Positions 18,707 through 28,261 of a DNA stretch of 64,000 bases are shown here, in pieces. The DNA lies in the NCBI GenBank assembly GCA_002010065.2, contig MTMD02000002.1, positions 416,001-480,000 of the forward strand, written 5' to 3'. The stretch is from Candidatus Pyrohabitans jungbluthii. GTDB taxonomy: Archaea > Hydrothermarchaeota > Hydrothermarchaeia > Hydrothermarchaeales > BMS3B. The notes under the pieces are model-generated. The model had not been told where the DNA came from. It was given only the letters and a program-made list of their open reading frames with translations, and made no database searches. The position numbers were made by a program, and so were the translations under genes. Within the stretch, counting starts at the first letter, position 1. Each line of letters opens with the position of its first letter.

Positions 18707-20484
18707 TGTGCGGGATAGTTGGCTACGTAGGCAAGAGAAACGCTGGCAAAGTGATATTTCAGGGCTTAAAGCGCTTGGAATACAGAGGTTACGACTCCTG
18801 CGGCATCGCGAGCATAGATGGCGAGCTAATGGTAAAGAAAGACGTGGGCATGATAGATGAGATTGAGCGCAGGCTCAGGCTGAGCGACATTAAGGGCAGC
18901 ATTGGAGTAGGTCACACGCGCTGGGCGACCCATGGAGGCGTGACTAGGGATAACGCCCACCCCCACTTAGACTGCAAAGGTGAGATTGCTGTAGTGCACA
19001 ATGGAATAATCTCCAACCATGAGGAGCTTAGGAAGCGCCTCGAGGCGAAGGGGCACGTTTTTGCTTCAGAGACAGACACCGAGGTTGTACCCCACCTTAT
19101 CGAAGAGTATTACACCACCAGCCTCGAGGAGGCGGTGCGGCGAGCGCTGTCAGATGTGGAGGGAACCTACGCCCTGCTGGTTATCTCTACGAGGGAGCCG
19201 GAAAAGATAATCGCTGCCCGCAGGGAGTCTCCGCTGGTGCTGGGAGTAGGCGAGGGCGAGATGTTCGTTGCTTCTGATATATTTTCCTTTCTGAAGCACA
19301 CGCGCACAGCTTTGCCCTTGGACGATGGGGAGTACGCTGTTATCACCGCCCACGGCTACGTGGTCAAAGAGCTTGCGACAGGTAAGGAGAAGCGCAAGCA
19401 GGTTATAAACGTGGACTGGAGCGATGAGGAGGCGAGGAAGGAAGGTTATGCTCATTTTATGTTAAAAGAGATTCACGAGCAGCCTCGCACAGTGGCAAGC
19501 GCTCTTAATATATACCACGAGGACGTTGAAAAGCTTGCGGAGATGATAGACGCCACTGAAAGGGTTTACATCACAGGCGCTGGCACGAGTTTGCACGCCG
19601 CAATGGTGGCTGAGTACTGGTTTGCGAGCCTGGCTGAGAAGGTGGTCATCGCCATCGATTCTTCTGAGCTGAAAAACAAGGGCGTGGTGGATGAGAACAC
19701 CCTTGTGATTGGCATAACCCAGAGCGGGGAGACCTACGACACCCTGGCAGCGCTGCGCTACGCCAAGCAGAGGCAAGCGCGTACCGCGGCGATAGTGAAC
19801 GTAATAGGCTCCACCGCCACTAGGTTAGTGGACCACGTGCTCATGCAGGGCTCTGGAATAGAAATCGCCGTGTGCGCCACCAAGACCTACACCTCGCAGC
19901 TAACGCTTCTCCTTCGCGTTGCCCTTGAGCTTGCTGAGAGACGTGGCAGAGATGTGAGCAGACTTAAAGAAGAGCTTCAGAGGCTTCCTGAGAAGATGAG
20001 CGAAGTACTTGAGCTTGAGCCAGAGATTAAGCGCGTTGCCGAGGAGTACTTCAACGTTAAAAACTACCTCTTCATAGGCAAGGGCATAAACCACCCCACT
20101 GCCCTTGAGGGCGCGCTTAAGCTCAAGGAGATTTCCTACCTCCATGCCGAGGGCATGAGTTCTGGCTTGCTCAAGCACGGGACCATCTCGCTGATAGATG
20201 AGGACATGCACACCGTCGCCTTCGTCCCCGCGGAGGGAGAGAACAGGAAGCGGATAATGAGCAACATTCAGGAAGTTAAGGCAAGGCAGGGCGTGGTTAT
20301 AGCCATAGCCTCGGACGAACCCGTGGCAAGCGACGCGTGCATAAGCATTGCAAAATGCAGCGAGGAGGTATCGCCCATCATGTTCGCCCCTGTTTTCCAG
20401 CTCCTCGCATACTACGTCGCCCTTAAGCTCGGTCGTAATGTGGACAAGCCGCGAGCCCTCGCCAAGTCGGTGACTGTGGAGTGA
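18706..20484 (+). CDS. glmS: Glutamine--fructose-6-phosphate transaminase (isomerizing)
   Basis: MCGIVG N-terminal nucleophile (start placed at ATG 18706, overlapping the upstream TGA), GHTRWATHG, C-terminal LAKSVTVE. Confidence 0.97.
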   Translation: MCGIVGYVGKRNAGKVIFQGLKRLEYRGYDSCGIASIDGELMVKKDVGMIDEIERRLRLSDIKGSIGVGHTRWATHGGVTRDNAHPHLDCKGEIAVVHNGIISNHEELRKRLEAKGHVFASETDTEVVPHLIEEYYTTSLEEAVRRALSDVEGTYALLVISTREPEKIIAARRESPLVLGVGEGEMFVASDIFSFLKHTRTALPLDDGEYAVITAHGYVVKELATGKEKRKQVINVDWSDEEARKEGYAHFMLKEIHEQPRTVASALNIYHEDVEKLAEMIDATERVYITGAGTSLHAAMVAEYWFASLAEKVVIAIDSSELKNKGVVDENTLVIGITQSGETYDTLAALRYAKQRQARTAAIVNVIGSTATRLVDHVLMQGSGIEIAVCATKTYTSQLTLLLRVALELAERRGRDVSRLKEELQRLPEKMSEVLELEPEIKRVAEEYFNVKNYLFIGKGINHPTALEGALKLKEISYLHAEGMSSGLLKHGTISLIDEDMHTVAFVPAEGENRKRIMSNIQEVKARQGVVIAIASDEPVASDACISIAKCSEEVSPIMFAPVFQLLAYYVALKLGRNVDKPRALAKSVTVE

Positions 20485-20582
20485 CAAACCTTAAATATAA
20501 GTATTTGCTATTTATATTAAGCAGAAAATAGCAGCAAATTTTTTAAATAAAAGGAGGAAGTCCCATTAGGGAATGGCTAGAC

Positions 20583-21140
20583 TTGGATGAAAAGGACAAA
20601 AAGATAATCTCCCTTCTGGAGGAAAATCCTGACCTCTCCCAGAGTGAGATTGCAGCCCAGGTTGGCATCTCTCAGCCCAGCGTCGGCGTGAGGCTTCGGA
20701 AGCTGAAGGAGAAGGGGGCTCTCTCCTTTCTTATAGGCATGAACTTCAAGAAGATTGACCTCTTTCTGGTTAACGTGGAGATGACAGCCGAGAACTCTAC
20801 GGAAATTCTTAAAAAATTCCGTGGATGCCCCTACTTCCTCAACGGCTTTGTGGTTTCAGGCAAAAAGAATCTCTCCCTCTTCTTTGTGAGCGAAGACCTG
20901 ACGACAATCGACTCCCTTGTGGATGCGCACCTCAGAAACAGGGAGGACGTGAAAGATGTGGAGGTAAACATTGTGATTACCTCCTACAAGGATCTAATTT
21001 TCCCTGTAAGGATGAAGATGGAGAAGTCCGACTCGCCACCATGTGGCAGCAAGGGCAGTTGCGGCGAGTGTAGGTACTATCAGATTGGTCACTGCCTCGG
21101 GTGCCCAGTGACGGGTCACTACCGGGGCAAGTTCTGGTGA
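20583..21140 (+). CDS. Lrp/AsnC-family transcriptional regulator with C-terminal Cys-rich extension
   Basis: N-terminal wHTH (DEKDKKII...SQSEIA...SQPSV..RL); C-terminal C-x5-CxxC-x6-CxxCP; TTG start. Confidence 0.85.
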   Translation: MDEKDKKIISLLEENPDLSQSEIAAQVGISQPSVGVRLRKLKEKGALSFLIGMNFKKIDLFLVNVEMTAENSTEILKKFRGCPYFLNGFVVSGKKNLSLFFVSEDLTTIDSLVDAHLRNREDVKDVEVNIVITSYKDLIFPVRMKMEKSDSPPCGSKGSCGECRYYQIGHCLGCPVTGHYRGKFW

Positions 21141-21349
21141 AGTAGCCACACTGTATATGAATCACATTAAAACGTTCAGAGTGATGCCGAGAAGGGCTAT
21201 GGTGTTTGCCAGAATGTACTTCTTCGCCTTTCGCTGGCTCACAATGGAGGGAAGCGAGTATTAAAGCAAGAATTATGGCTACCACATTTATCTCCCCCGG
21301 GAGCTACTGTCCACCCAGCGAGAACAGCGCAGCTTCTGAGGCTCCGCCC

Positions 21350-21931
21350 TTAATTAGCCCTCTTGCCGGACTGCCATCTGAGCAGTGCCCTTGCGAGCAG
21401 GCGCGCCACCTTGAGTGGCTCTGGTACGGAGCCCTGGAGTGTGAAGAGGTTGAGGGCATGCCTAACCTCGTGCAGCGAGAGCCCGCGGTAGCGTACGAAT
21501 ACCCTGTAACCTGTGCTGAGCCTAACTTCGCTGCGCTCACCGAGGCGGCGGTATATCTCCAGCCTCGCTTCTGCGTCGCTGAACTCGCGCAGGTACTTCT
21601 CCAAGCCAGTACTCTCCTCGTAGGTGACGCAGATTACAGGCGTGGAGAGGGTTTCATAAACCTCGTCTAAGTCGATGAGGTTGAAAAGGCTTATCACGCA
21701 GCCGTTGAGCAGGATTAGGTTGATGTCCCGCCGCCCAAGCTGGTTGTAAATCTCAAACACGCCCTGCGTAGCGTCTAAACCGCGAAGAGTTATCTCAGCA
21801 AACCCAAAGCCGTCTATCTGCAGGTCGCCGCGCATAACCACGCCTGCCAGAATAGCTTTGTTGCGCTGCTTGACAAAGCTCTCCGCTATGCCCAGAGCGC
21901 GAAGCCCGCGCTTGAAGAAGTGCAGCGGCAT
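21350..21931 (-). CDS. DUF99 family (endonuclease V-like fold) protein
   Basis: LGIAESF, GVVMRGD..IDG, GLDAT, VPEPLKVA; start moved to ATG 21931. Confidence 0.85.
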   Translation of the reverse strand: MPLHFFKRGLRALGIAESFVKQRNKAILAGVVMRGDLQIDGFGFAEITLRGLDATQGVFEIYNQLGRRDINLILLNGCVISLFNLIDLDEVYETLSTPVICVTYEESTGLEKYLREFSDAEARLEIYRRLGERSEVRLSTGYRVFVRYRGLSLHEVRHALNLFTLQGSVPEPLKVARLLARALLRWQSGKRAN

Positions 21932-21969
21932 GAGTTTTAGTTTGTTTGAGGGTTTATATACTCCTTGCC

Positions 21970-22749
21970 TTACTTCCACCCAGCGAACTGGCGGAGGTAC
22001 TCCTCCTCCATGAAGTGGAGCTCCCCCGGAATTATAATCGTATGCGGCAGAGCGCCAAGCTCAGCTTTCAAAAGTTCACTGATTTTCCCTGCCTTCACTC
22101 TTGTCTGGGGAGCGCCCGCAGCTGAGACCACTACCGCAAGAGTATCGCCGCTCACAACGCCTTCGCCCCGTTTTTTTTCCAGAGTAAGGAGTATCTCCAG
22201 AGCCTCCTTCGCGGACATCATGTACACCTCGTCCTTGCCAACCTTTATGTCCAGAAAGAGCAGGGTGTGCAGCCCCCGGGAGAGGTTTTCCTTAATCACA
22301 TCGTAGGGAGTCTCGGGAAAAAAGTCACCCTCAGGCTTTGCAACGGTTGCGCTCCTGCCGAACTTGTAGTTGTGCAGACCCGTAAGCGATGGCACGGCGG
22401 AGATTATCGAAGCGTTGTGCACCACACGGGTGGGTATCCCGCGCTTCTCTGCCTCAAGGCGAAGTGCTGCATGCGTCGTCGACACCATTGCGTCGCCGGG
22501 CACGAGCAGAGCTACATTGCGCTCCTTCGCTGGCTTTAAAATAACCTCCTCGGCTCGCTCCTCTACATCGCCCCTGCTCAGCAGCTGTATGCGCTTGCCT
22601 GAAAGCTTCTCCAGGCGTTCAAGGCTCAGCCCGGGCATGCGGGAGGTGTACAACTCCACAAAGGCTAAGTCGCACCGCTTAAGCTCCTCCAAGCCGCGCA
22701 AGGTTATGTCCATCTCGTCGTATAACCCCAAGCCTATGAATATGAGCAT
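21970..22749 (-). CDS. dph5: Diphthine synthase
   Basis: LIFIGLGLYDEMDITLRG, GLHNYKFG, GLHTLLFLDI. Confidence 0.95.
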   Translation of the reverse strand: MLIFIGLGLYDEMDITLRGLEELKRCDLAFVELYTSRMPGLSLERLEKLSGKRIQLLSRGDVEERAEEVILKPAKERNVALLVPGDAMVSTTHAALRLEAEKRGIPTRVVHNASIISAVPSLTGLHNYKFGRSATVAKPEGDFFPETPYDVIKENLSRGLHTLLFLDIKVGKDEVYMMSAKEALEILLTLEKKRGEGVVSGDTLAVVVSAAGAPQTRVKAGKISELLKAELGALPHTIIIPGELHFMEEEYLRQFAGWK

Positions 22750-22782
22750 AAATAAATACTCGCATGGGTTATAAAAAAGGGT

Positions 22783-23796
22783 ATGCTGGGCGTGCGTGTT
22801 CCTGCGAGGGAGGCGGAAAAGGCAAGGCGAGCGCTTCTTGCAGCGGGGGCGCTGGCAAAGGAGTATAGGATTAAGAGGCAGGGGAGTTATGTGATTCTCC
22901 CTGTTAAGGAGGAGGCACGAGACCTTTTGCAGGGCTACGAGGTGGTGGAGACTGAGTTCGAGTCTCTGGAAAAGCGTAAAAGCTTTGAGGACAGGCTGAG
23001 GGAACTTTTAAGCCCTCAAGAGTTTGTGCTGGTGAGGCGAAGCTTTGACATAATTGGAGACCTCGCCATTCTTGAAGTTCCCGATGAACTGTTCCACAGG
23101 AAGCATGAAATTGCGAGGGCACTCATGGAGGCACATAAAAACATTAAGGCGGTGTTCTGCAAGCGCAGTGAGGTTAAGGGCGAAGCTAGGGTGCGTGAGC
23201 TTGAGCACCTCGCCGGGGAGCGCAGGAGTGAAACGGTGCATCGGGAACATGGTCTAAGGCTCAAGCTGGACATTGCAAAAGTCTACTTCTCCCCCCGTCT
23301 TGCCTACGAGAGGCAGCGTGTGCTCAAGCAGGTGCAGGATGGCGAGGTTATAGTTGACCTATTCGCCGGCGTTGGTCCCTTTGCGCTCCTCTTCGCGAGG
23401 CATCGAAGGGTCAGGGTTTACGCCATAGATATAAACCCTGAGGCGGTGAGGTATCTTAGGGAGAACATCGCGCTTAACAAGCTAAAGGGTGAGGTTATAC
23501 CCCTGCTGGGCGATGCCCGCGAGGTGGCGCCACGAGGCGTAGCCTCGCGCGTAATAATGAACTTGCCAAAGAGCAGCGACGCATTCCTAGACCTTGCCTT
23601 TGAGGTTTTGAAACCCGAAGGAGGGGTGGTACACTTCTACACCATTGCACCCGAGGAGAACCTCTGGGGCAAGGCTGAGCTTGCTCGTAGTGTAGCGAAG
23701 CGCATGGGAAAGAGACTAGAGGTCCTGGAAAAGCGGGTGGTGCGCACCTACTCGCCGCGAAATTATCACGTGGTTTTTGACCTCAGGGTCTCCTGA
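22783..23796 (+). CDS. trm5: tRNA (guanine-37-N1) methyltransferase, Trm5/Met-10+ family
   Basis: SFDIIGDLA, VYFSPRL, DLFAGVGPF, VIMNLP. Confidence 0.9.
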   Translation: MLGVRVPAREAEKARRALLAAGALAKEYRIKRQGSYVILPVKEEARDLLQGYEVVETEFESLEKRKSFEDRLRELLSPQEFVLVRRSFDIIGDLAILEVPDELFHRKHEIARALMEAHKNIKAVFCKRSEVKGEARVRELEHLAGERRSETVHREHGLRLKLDIAKVYFSPRLAYERQRVLKQVQDGEVIVDLFAGVGPFALLFARHRRVRVYAIDINPEAVRYLRENIALNKLKGEVIPLLGDAREVAPRGVASRVIMNLPKSSDAFLDLAFEVLKPEGGVVHFYTIAPEENLWGKAELARSVAKRMGKRLEVLEKRVVRTYSPRNYHVVFDLRVS

Positions 23797-24259
23797 AAAA
23801 GCTCCGCCTGCGCAGGGTTTCGAAGTTAAGAGGTAAAAGCTCTGGCTTATAGGCAGCGAGGAATAAAAGCATGCCTATCGCGTCGGTGCCAATTCCAAAG
23901 AAAGCTAAGTAGTGGTCGAATATGCTGTAGCTCTCCACTACCGGAAAATCGTAGTCAATAAACGGGTAAAACCAGGGTATAAAGGAGTAGGCGTCCTCTA
24001 TGAGATGGGCGACGCAGCCTAGGGCGAGGGCTACGCCAGCCCGTCTTCCGCGAAGCAGGGCAAGCGCGCCTCCTGCAATGGCAGCGAAGGCGAGGGTGTG
24101 AGCGATGAAGCGCCCAGATCCGATGCCGAAGAAAATCAGCAGGATTTTATCCACTAGGTCGGGGAGAAGTACGCCCAGGGCGAGAAAGCCAAGGCTGAGT
24201 TTAAGCTTCCTGCCAAAAAGCAGAGTGAAGGTCACGTGACCAAGGGGATACATAATCAA
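23783..24259 (-). CDS. Membrane-bound metal-dependent hydrolase (YdjM/DUF457-like)
   Basis: GH, LPDLVDK, R..AHT, HL.ED motifs in hydrophobic context. Confidence 0.8.
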   Translation of the reverse strand: MIMYPLGHVTFTLLFGRKLKLSLGFLALGVLLPDLVDKILLIFFGIGSGRFIAHTLAFAAIAGGALALLRGRRAGVALALGCVAHLIEDAYSFIPWFYPFIDYDFPVVESYSIFDHYLAFFGIGTDAIGMLLFLAAYKPELLPLNFETLRRRSFFRRP

Positions 24260-24295
24260 AAACCCTTTTTTACGGGGTATATATAAGTTAACCCT

Positions 24296-25282
24296 ATGAA
24301 ACTCTCACAGCTTGGCGAGCGCAGGGTAATTGAGATTTTCGCGGAGGTTTTCGGAGGCTGCGATATTGCTGAGGTGGGAATAGGCGATGATGCAAGCGTG
24401 TTGAGAGTCGGTGACGCCCTGATTGTGGTTTCTACTGACATGATTCGCGAAGGCACGCACATCCCCAGAGAGATGACGCCGGAGCAAGCTGGAGGATACG
24501 CGGTCAATGTTAACCTCAGTGACCTCGCAGCCATGGGTGCAAAGCCTTTAGCGATGCTCTTTTCCTTTGGCTTGCCGGGCAGCAAGGATGAGGAGTTTGT
24601 GAGGAGGCTTGCGCGGGGTATAAGGGAAGCCTGCGATTCTCACGGCGTTTGCGTTATAGGAGGCGATACCAAGGAGCATGAGGAGATGGTAATCTCAGGC
24701 GTTGCCCTGGGTATCGCTGGGAGCGGGAGATACCTCACGCGTGGCGGAGCCAGGGCAGGGGATGTGCTCTGCGTTACAGGTAGCATAGGCAGCGCTGCCG
24801 CTGGCTTTTACTGCCTTACGAAGAATATAGAGCATCCCAAGAGGGAGGAGTTCATCAAAGCTGCGCTTGAGCCTAAAGCCAGGGTTAAAGAGGGGCTCGC
24901 ACTCGCAGGCGTTGCTAGTGCCTGCATGGACATAAGCGATGGGCTTGCTTTTAGTTTGAGCGAAATTGCGCGCAAGAGCGGTGTGGGCTTCGAGGTTTAC
25001 GAGGAGCGCGTACCGCGAGATAAAGCGGTTAAGGAAATAGCTGCTCTTGCGAAGGTGGATGAGAGGGAGATAATCTTCCACAAGGGCGGAGACTTCGAGC
25101 TTCTTTTCACCATAAGCGAAGAGTCGCTGCCCGCATTGCGTGCTGAGTTCAGAAGAAAAAAGCTGGCGCCGATTGCGGAGATAGGCAGGGTTGTCGAGGA
25201 AGGGTGCTGGCTGATAACAAAAGAGGGCCAGAGGATAGAGCTTCCAGCGCGGGGATATGAGGCATTCAAAAGCAGGTTTTAA
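24296..25282 (+). CDS. thiL: Thiamine-monophosphate kinase
   Basis: GIGDDA, NLSDLAAMGA, GGDT, DISDGL, GGDFELLFT. Confidence 0.95.
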   Translation: MKLSQLGERRVIEIFAEVFGGCDIAEVGIGDDASVLRVGDALIVVSTDMIREGTHIPREMTPEQAGGYAVNVNLSDLAAMGAKPLAMLFSFGLPGSKDEEFVRRLARGIREACDSHGVCVIGGDTKEHEEMVISGVALGIAGSGRYLTRGGARAGDVLCVTGSIGSAAAGFYCLTKNIEHPKREEFIKAALEPKARVKEGLALAGVASACMDISDGLAFSLSEIARKSGVGFEVYEERVPRDKAVKEIAALAKVDEREIIFHKGGDFELLFTISEESLPALRAEFRRKKLAPIAEIGRVVEEGCWLITKEGQRIELPARGYEAFKSRF

Positions 25283-25572
25283 ACCCCTATCAACCCCAGA
25301 TCCCAGATGCCCCACAGAATGGCGATTAAGCCGGCGATGCGCAGCGCAGCCTCTGCCATGCTCTTCCCGACAAAGATTATCACCAGACCTATAACCACTG
25401 GGAATATCGCTTCCAGGTTTATCGCAAAGCCGCTCAGGTAGTATTTCACCCCTCCGATGAGAATGAAGCCCACGCCTATGATGTTGAGAATCATGCCCAC
25501 AACGCGGGGGGCGATGAGTATAAGCACGAGACCAATGGCAATTTTAATCAGAGGCTCTGCTCCCAGGTTCAT
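25279..25572 (-). CDS. Small hypothetical membrane protein (3-4 TM helices)
   Basis: 97-aa, almost entirely hydrophobic ORF filling the gap between thiL and the next gene. Confidence 0.7.
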   Translation of the reverse strand: MNLGAEPLIKIAIGLVLILIAPRVVGMILNIIGVGFILIGGVKYYLSGFAINLEAIFPVVIGLVIIFVGKSMAEAALRIAGLIAILWGIWDLGLIGV

Positions 25573-25651
25573 GTATATATTTTTTCCTGCGGGGGAGTTA
25601 AATAGCTTTCGCAGGACAAGCTTTATTAGCCACCCTGCGAATACCCTTGCG

Positions 25652-26401
25652 ATGATTGAGGCAGAGTTTCTGATTGAAGCTCAGGGTAACGATAGGGATG
25701 CCGTAGCCAGGTCGCTTCGCGAGCTGGAGGAGAAGATAAAGGCTGAAGATGGGGTCAGGCTTCGCAAGGCGGAGTATGGTGATGTGGTGAAGGAGGAGCT
25801 GTTCTACTCTGCGGTTGCCGAATTTCAGTTGGAATTTGCTAACCTTCAGAGCTATCTCAATGCGGCGATAAGGTATGGTCCCTCCGCGATATACGTGCTC
25901 AGCCCGGAGAGGCTCACCCTCACCGCAGAGGAATTTCTCCTAACCCTTGGTGAGATAATCAAGCTGGCGCGGAAGTTTTACCAGAGCTACCACGTGGGGT
26001 TTGAGTTTGAGCCAGAGGAAGAGGTGAGCGTTGGTATCGAGGATTACGAGATAGAGGAACTGCTTAAAGAGGGAGCGATTCACGTCAAGCTCGTTGCTGA
26101 GGTCATGGCTGAGAGCGAGGCAGAGGCGGTGAGAATCCTTGTGGGGGATATTAAAGATGAGGCACCGGTAAATAAGGTGAAGAGCACCTTTAATGAGGAG
26201 AGCGGAGCCTACCTCGTTGCAGTGGATGCTTTCGCCTTGGATGCGAGGGCGCTGTTTAGCATAGCACTGCGCCATGTCCCTGTGCTCATAGAAATCCTTG
26301 AGCCAAAGGAGATAACACTGAGCATGCTCGACCTTCAGGACATTGCCCTCGACATCGCAGGTGTGTTTTTTGAAGCCTCTCAAAGGCTGGCGCTGAGCTG
26401 A
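25652..26401 (+). CDS. Conserved archaeal hypothetical protein with internal duplication
   Basis: Two similar halves (…RYGPSAIYVLSPERLTL / …RHVPVLIEILEPKEITL). Start moved to ATG 25652 to avoid overlapping the divergent gene. Confidence 0.75.
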   Translation: MIEAEFLIEAQGNDRDAVARSLRELEEKIKAEDGVRLRKAEYGDVVKEELFYSAVAEFQLEFANLQSYLNAAIRYGPSAIYVLSPERLTLTAEEFLLTLGEIIKLARKFYQSYHVGFEFEPEEEVSVGIEDYEIEELLKEGAIHVKLVAEVMAESEAEAVRILVGDIKDEAPVNKVKSTFNEESGAYLVAVDAFALDARALFSIALRHVPVLIEILEPKEITLSMLDLQDIALDIAGVFFEASQRLALS

Positions 26402-26439
26402 GCCAAAAGGTTAAATATGGCAACGCCCACCTCAGTGGC

Positions 26440-27708
26440 ATGGAAGCTCTTCTTAAAAGGCTGGAGGAGCATTTTAGGAGGAAGGAGTGGAAGGAGCTTG
26501 AGGAGGTGAGCAGTGAGCTACTTGCCTCCAACCCAGAGGGTAAGCTCAAGGCACTGGCAGAGGGTTTTAGAAGCTATGCACGCGCGAGGCAGGAGAGTGA
26601 GCCCGCGAAGATAATTCCCGAGCTTGAGAGAGCTGTGTCCGCCTTTAAAGGTGTGGACGAGCTTTTGTACTCGATGGCAACTACAGAGAGGCTCCTGCTT
26701 CTCTCTGTCTTTGATGAGGCTAACAGGGGGCGGCATCTCAAGGCTCTGGGGGAGTTCTCCCTCAATCGCTTCATGAGAACCCAGAGCGAGGGCGACATTC
26801 GGCTTGCGATTGAGGCGCTGGAGCGTGCAAGAGAGCACCTCACGGGGAGAGAGCTTGCGGAAGCTGAGCTCAACCTCACCTTCTGCTATGGGTGCTGCGC
26901 GGCGGTCAGCGATAATCCAAAGCGCGAGTATGAGAGGGTGATAAGTCTATGCGAGGAGCTGGAGGAGCGCTACCAAGAGGACAAAGCCACGCTTGCAAGG
27001 CTCAGGATGAACCATGCAACAGCACTTCAGAGCCTTGCGCAAGTCTCGGGCTCAGAGGCGGTGGCGCTGCTTGAGAAGGCAGCTACATTAAGCCGCGAGG
27101 CAGCTGACATTTTCAGTGAGCTTGGTGCGAAGGTTGAGGAGGTGAGGGCGCTTCAGAGCCTTGCGAATATCTACAGGGACGCTGCAACCCTGGCAGAGGA
27201 GGGCGAGGGCTACCTTGAAAGGTTTATTAAGGTTAAGAAGGAGATAGCAAAGCTCTTCAGCGAGGCTGAGTACACAGCAAAGGCTGCCATTGAGGAGCTT
27301 GAGGCAGGCGTGGCAAGGCTTGAGCTCGCAGCCAAGCGTGGGGTGAGGGCTGAGATTGAGACAGCGCTTAAGGAGATTGCAAAAGTGTCAGAGGTCTTCA
27401 GGGAAGAAGGTCTTAAGGAGGAGCTTGCACATTCCCTCGCTGCTATGGGCGCTGCTTACAGGAGCCTCGCATCCTTCAGCGACGACGCAACGGAGCTTCT
27501 CGGCAGAGCGGTTGAGAGTTACGGGGAAGCGATAGGCATATTCTCGAGGAGTGGGAAGCAGGCATACCTTGGCGCGGCGAAGGCGGCACTCGCACAGGTT
27601 TACCGTGACTTAGCTGCGCTCTCCTCAGACGCCGCCCATAAAGAAAAAGCTGAGAAGCTTGAGAGAGAAGCAAGAGAAATCCTTGAGCAGAGCAGTAAAA
27701 ATGAATAA
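26440..27708 (+). CDS. TPR-like alpha-helical repeat protein
   Basis: Repeating motifs such as ALQSLANIYRD, SLAAMGAAYRSL, ALAQVYRDL; A/E/L-rich. Confidence 0.75.
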   Translation: MEALLKRLEEHFRRKEWKELEEVSSELLASNPEGKLKALAEGFRSYARARQESEPAKIIPELERAVSAFKGVDELLYSMATTERLLLLSVFDEANRGRHLKALGEFSLNRFMRTQSEGDIRLAIEALERAREHLTGRELAEAELNLTFCYGCCAAVSDNPKREYERVISLCEELEERYQEDKATLARLRMNHATALQSLAQVSGSEAVALLEKAATLSREAADIFSELGAKVEEVRALQSLANIYRDAATLAEEGEGYLERFIKVKKEIAKLFSEAEYTAKAAIEELEAGVARLELAAKRGVRAEIETALKEIAKVSEVFREEGLKEELAHSLAAMGAAYRSLASFSDDATELLGRAVESYGEAIGIFSRSGKQAYLGAAKAALAQVYRDLAALSSDAAHKEKAEKLEREAREILEQSSKNE

Positions 27709-27728
27709 AAACAGAAGAAAGAGAGGGT

Positions 27729-27929
27729 TTACTTTGCAGCCAGCTTTATATCGCTCGCCTTAACGGTCTTCCTGCCAGCATGCTTTGCAAGGGCACCTGC
27801 CTCTCTGGCTATCTCGGTGCCTATTTCCTCAAGAATTTCCGCAAGGTACTCTGCAGCATCCCTGCCAACACGCAGTCCTGTTGCATTTCTTATTATCCTG
27901 TCGCACGCAGAAATAGGTAGTTCACCCAT
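27729..27929 (-). CDS. Archaeal histone (HMf/HTk type)
   Basis: MGELP...RII...RV...[15 protein letters not shown]; RBS GAGGTGA and AT-rich TATA upstream. Confidence 0.96.
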   Translation of the reverse strand: MGELPISACDRIIRNATGLRVGRDAAEYLAEILEEIGTEIAREAGALAKHAGRKTVKASDIKLAAK

Positions 27930-28261
27930 TATATCACCTCTTTTTTGAAATTTTTATACATTTTCCCGACTGTTCTGTGTAAACCTTATTATATATAAAT
28001 CTTACTGTGGTTATACGTCAAGAAGTCGATTCTTTCAGGCAATCAGATTTTTACGGAGAAGGGTTAGCACCCTTATTTACCAGTTGTGATGAGCTTCGGG
28101 TTCCATGAGCCCCTTCTCGAATCGTTGAGGCAGCGCACATAGTGCTACCACTTACAAGTATAATCTTTTTTAATCATAAATACTATGTGCGGAAAACCTT
28201 TGGTGGTTCAGCATCAGAATGTGTCCGCTAAAATTAAATACCCCCGCTTCCACTCAAAATC

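Noticed and set aside
21206-21670. 154-aa + strand ORF and the 21141-21349 gap as a gene or sRNA
   Set aside because: The ORF overlaps the DUF99 gene antisense, and the gap has no complete C/D or H/ACA motif set.
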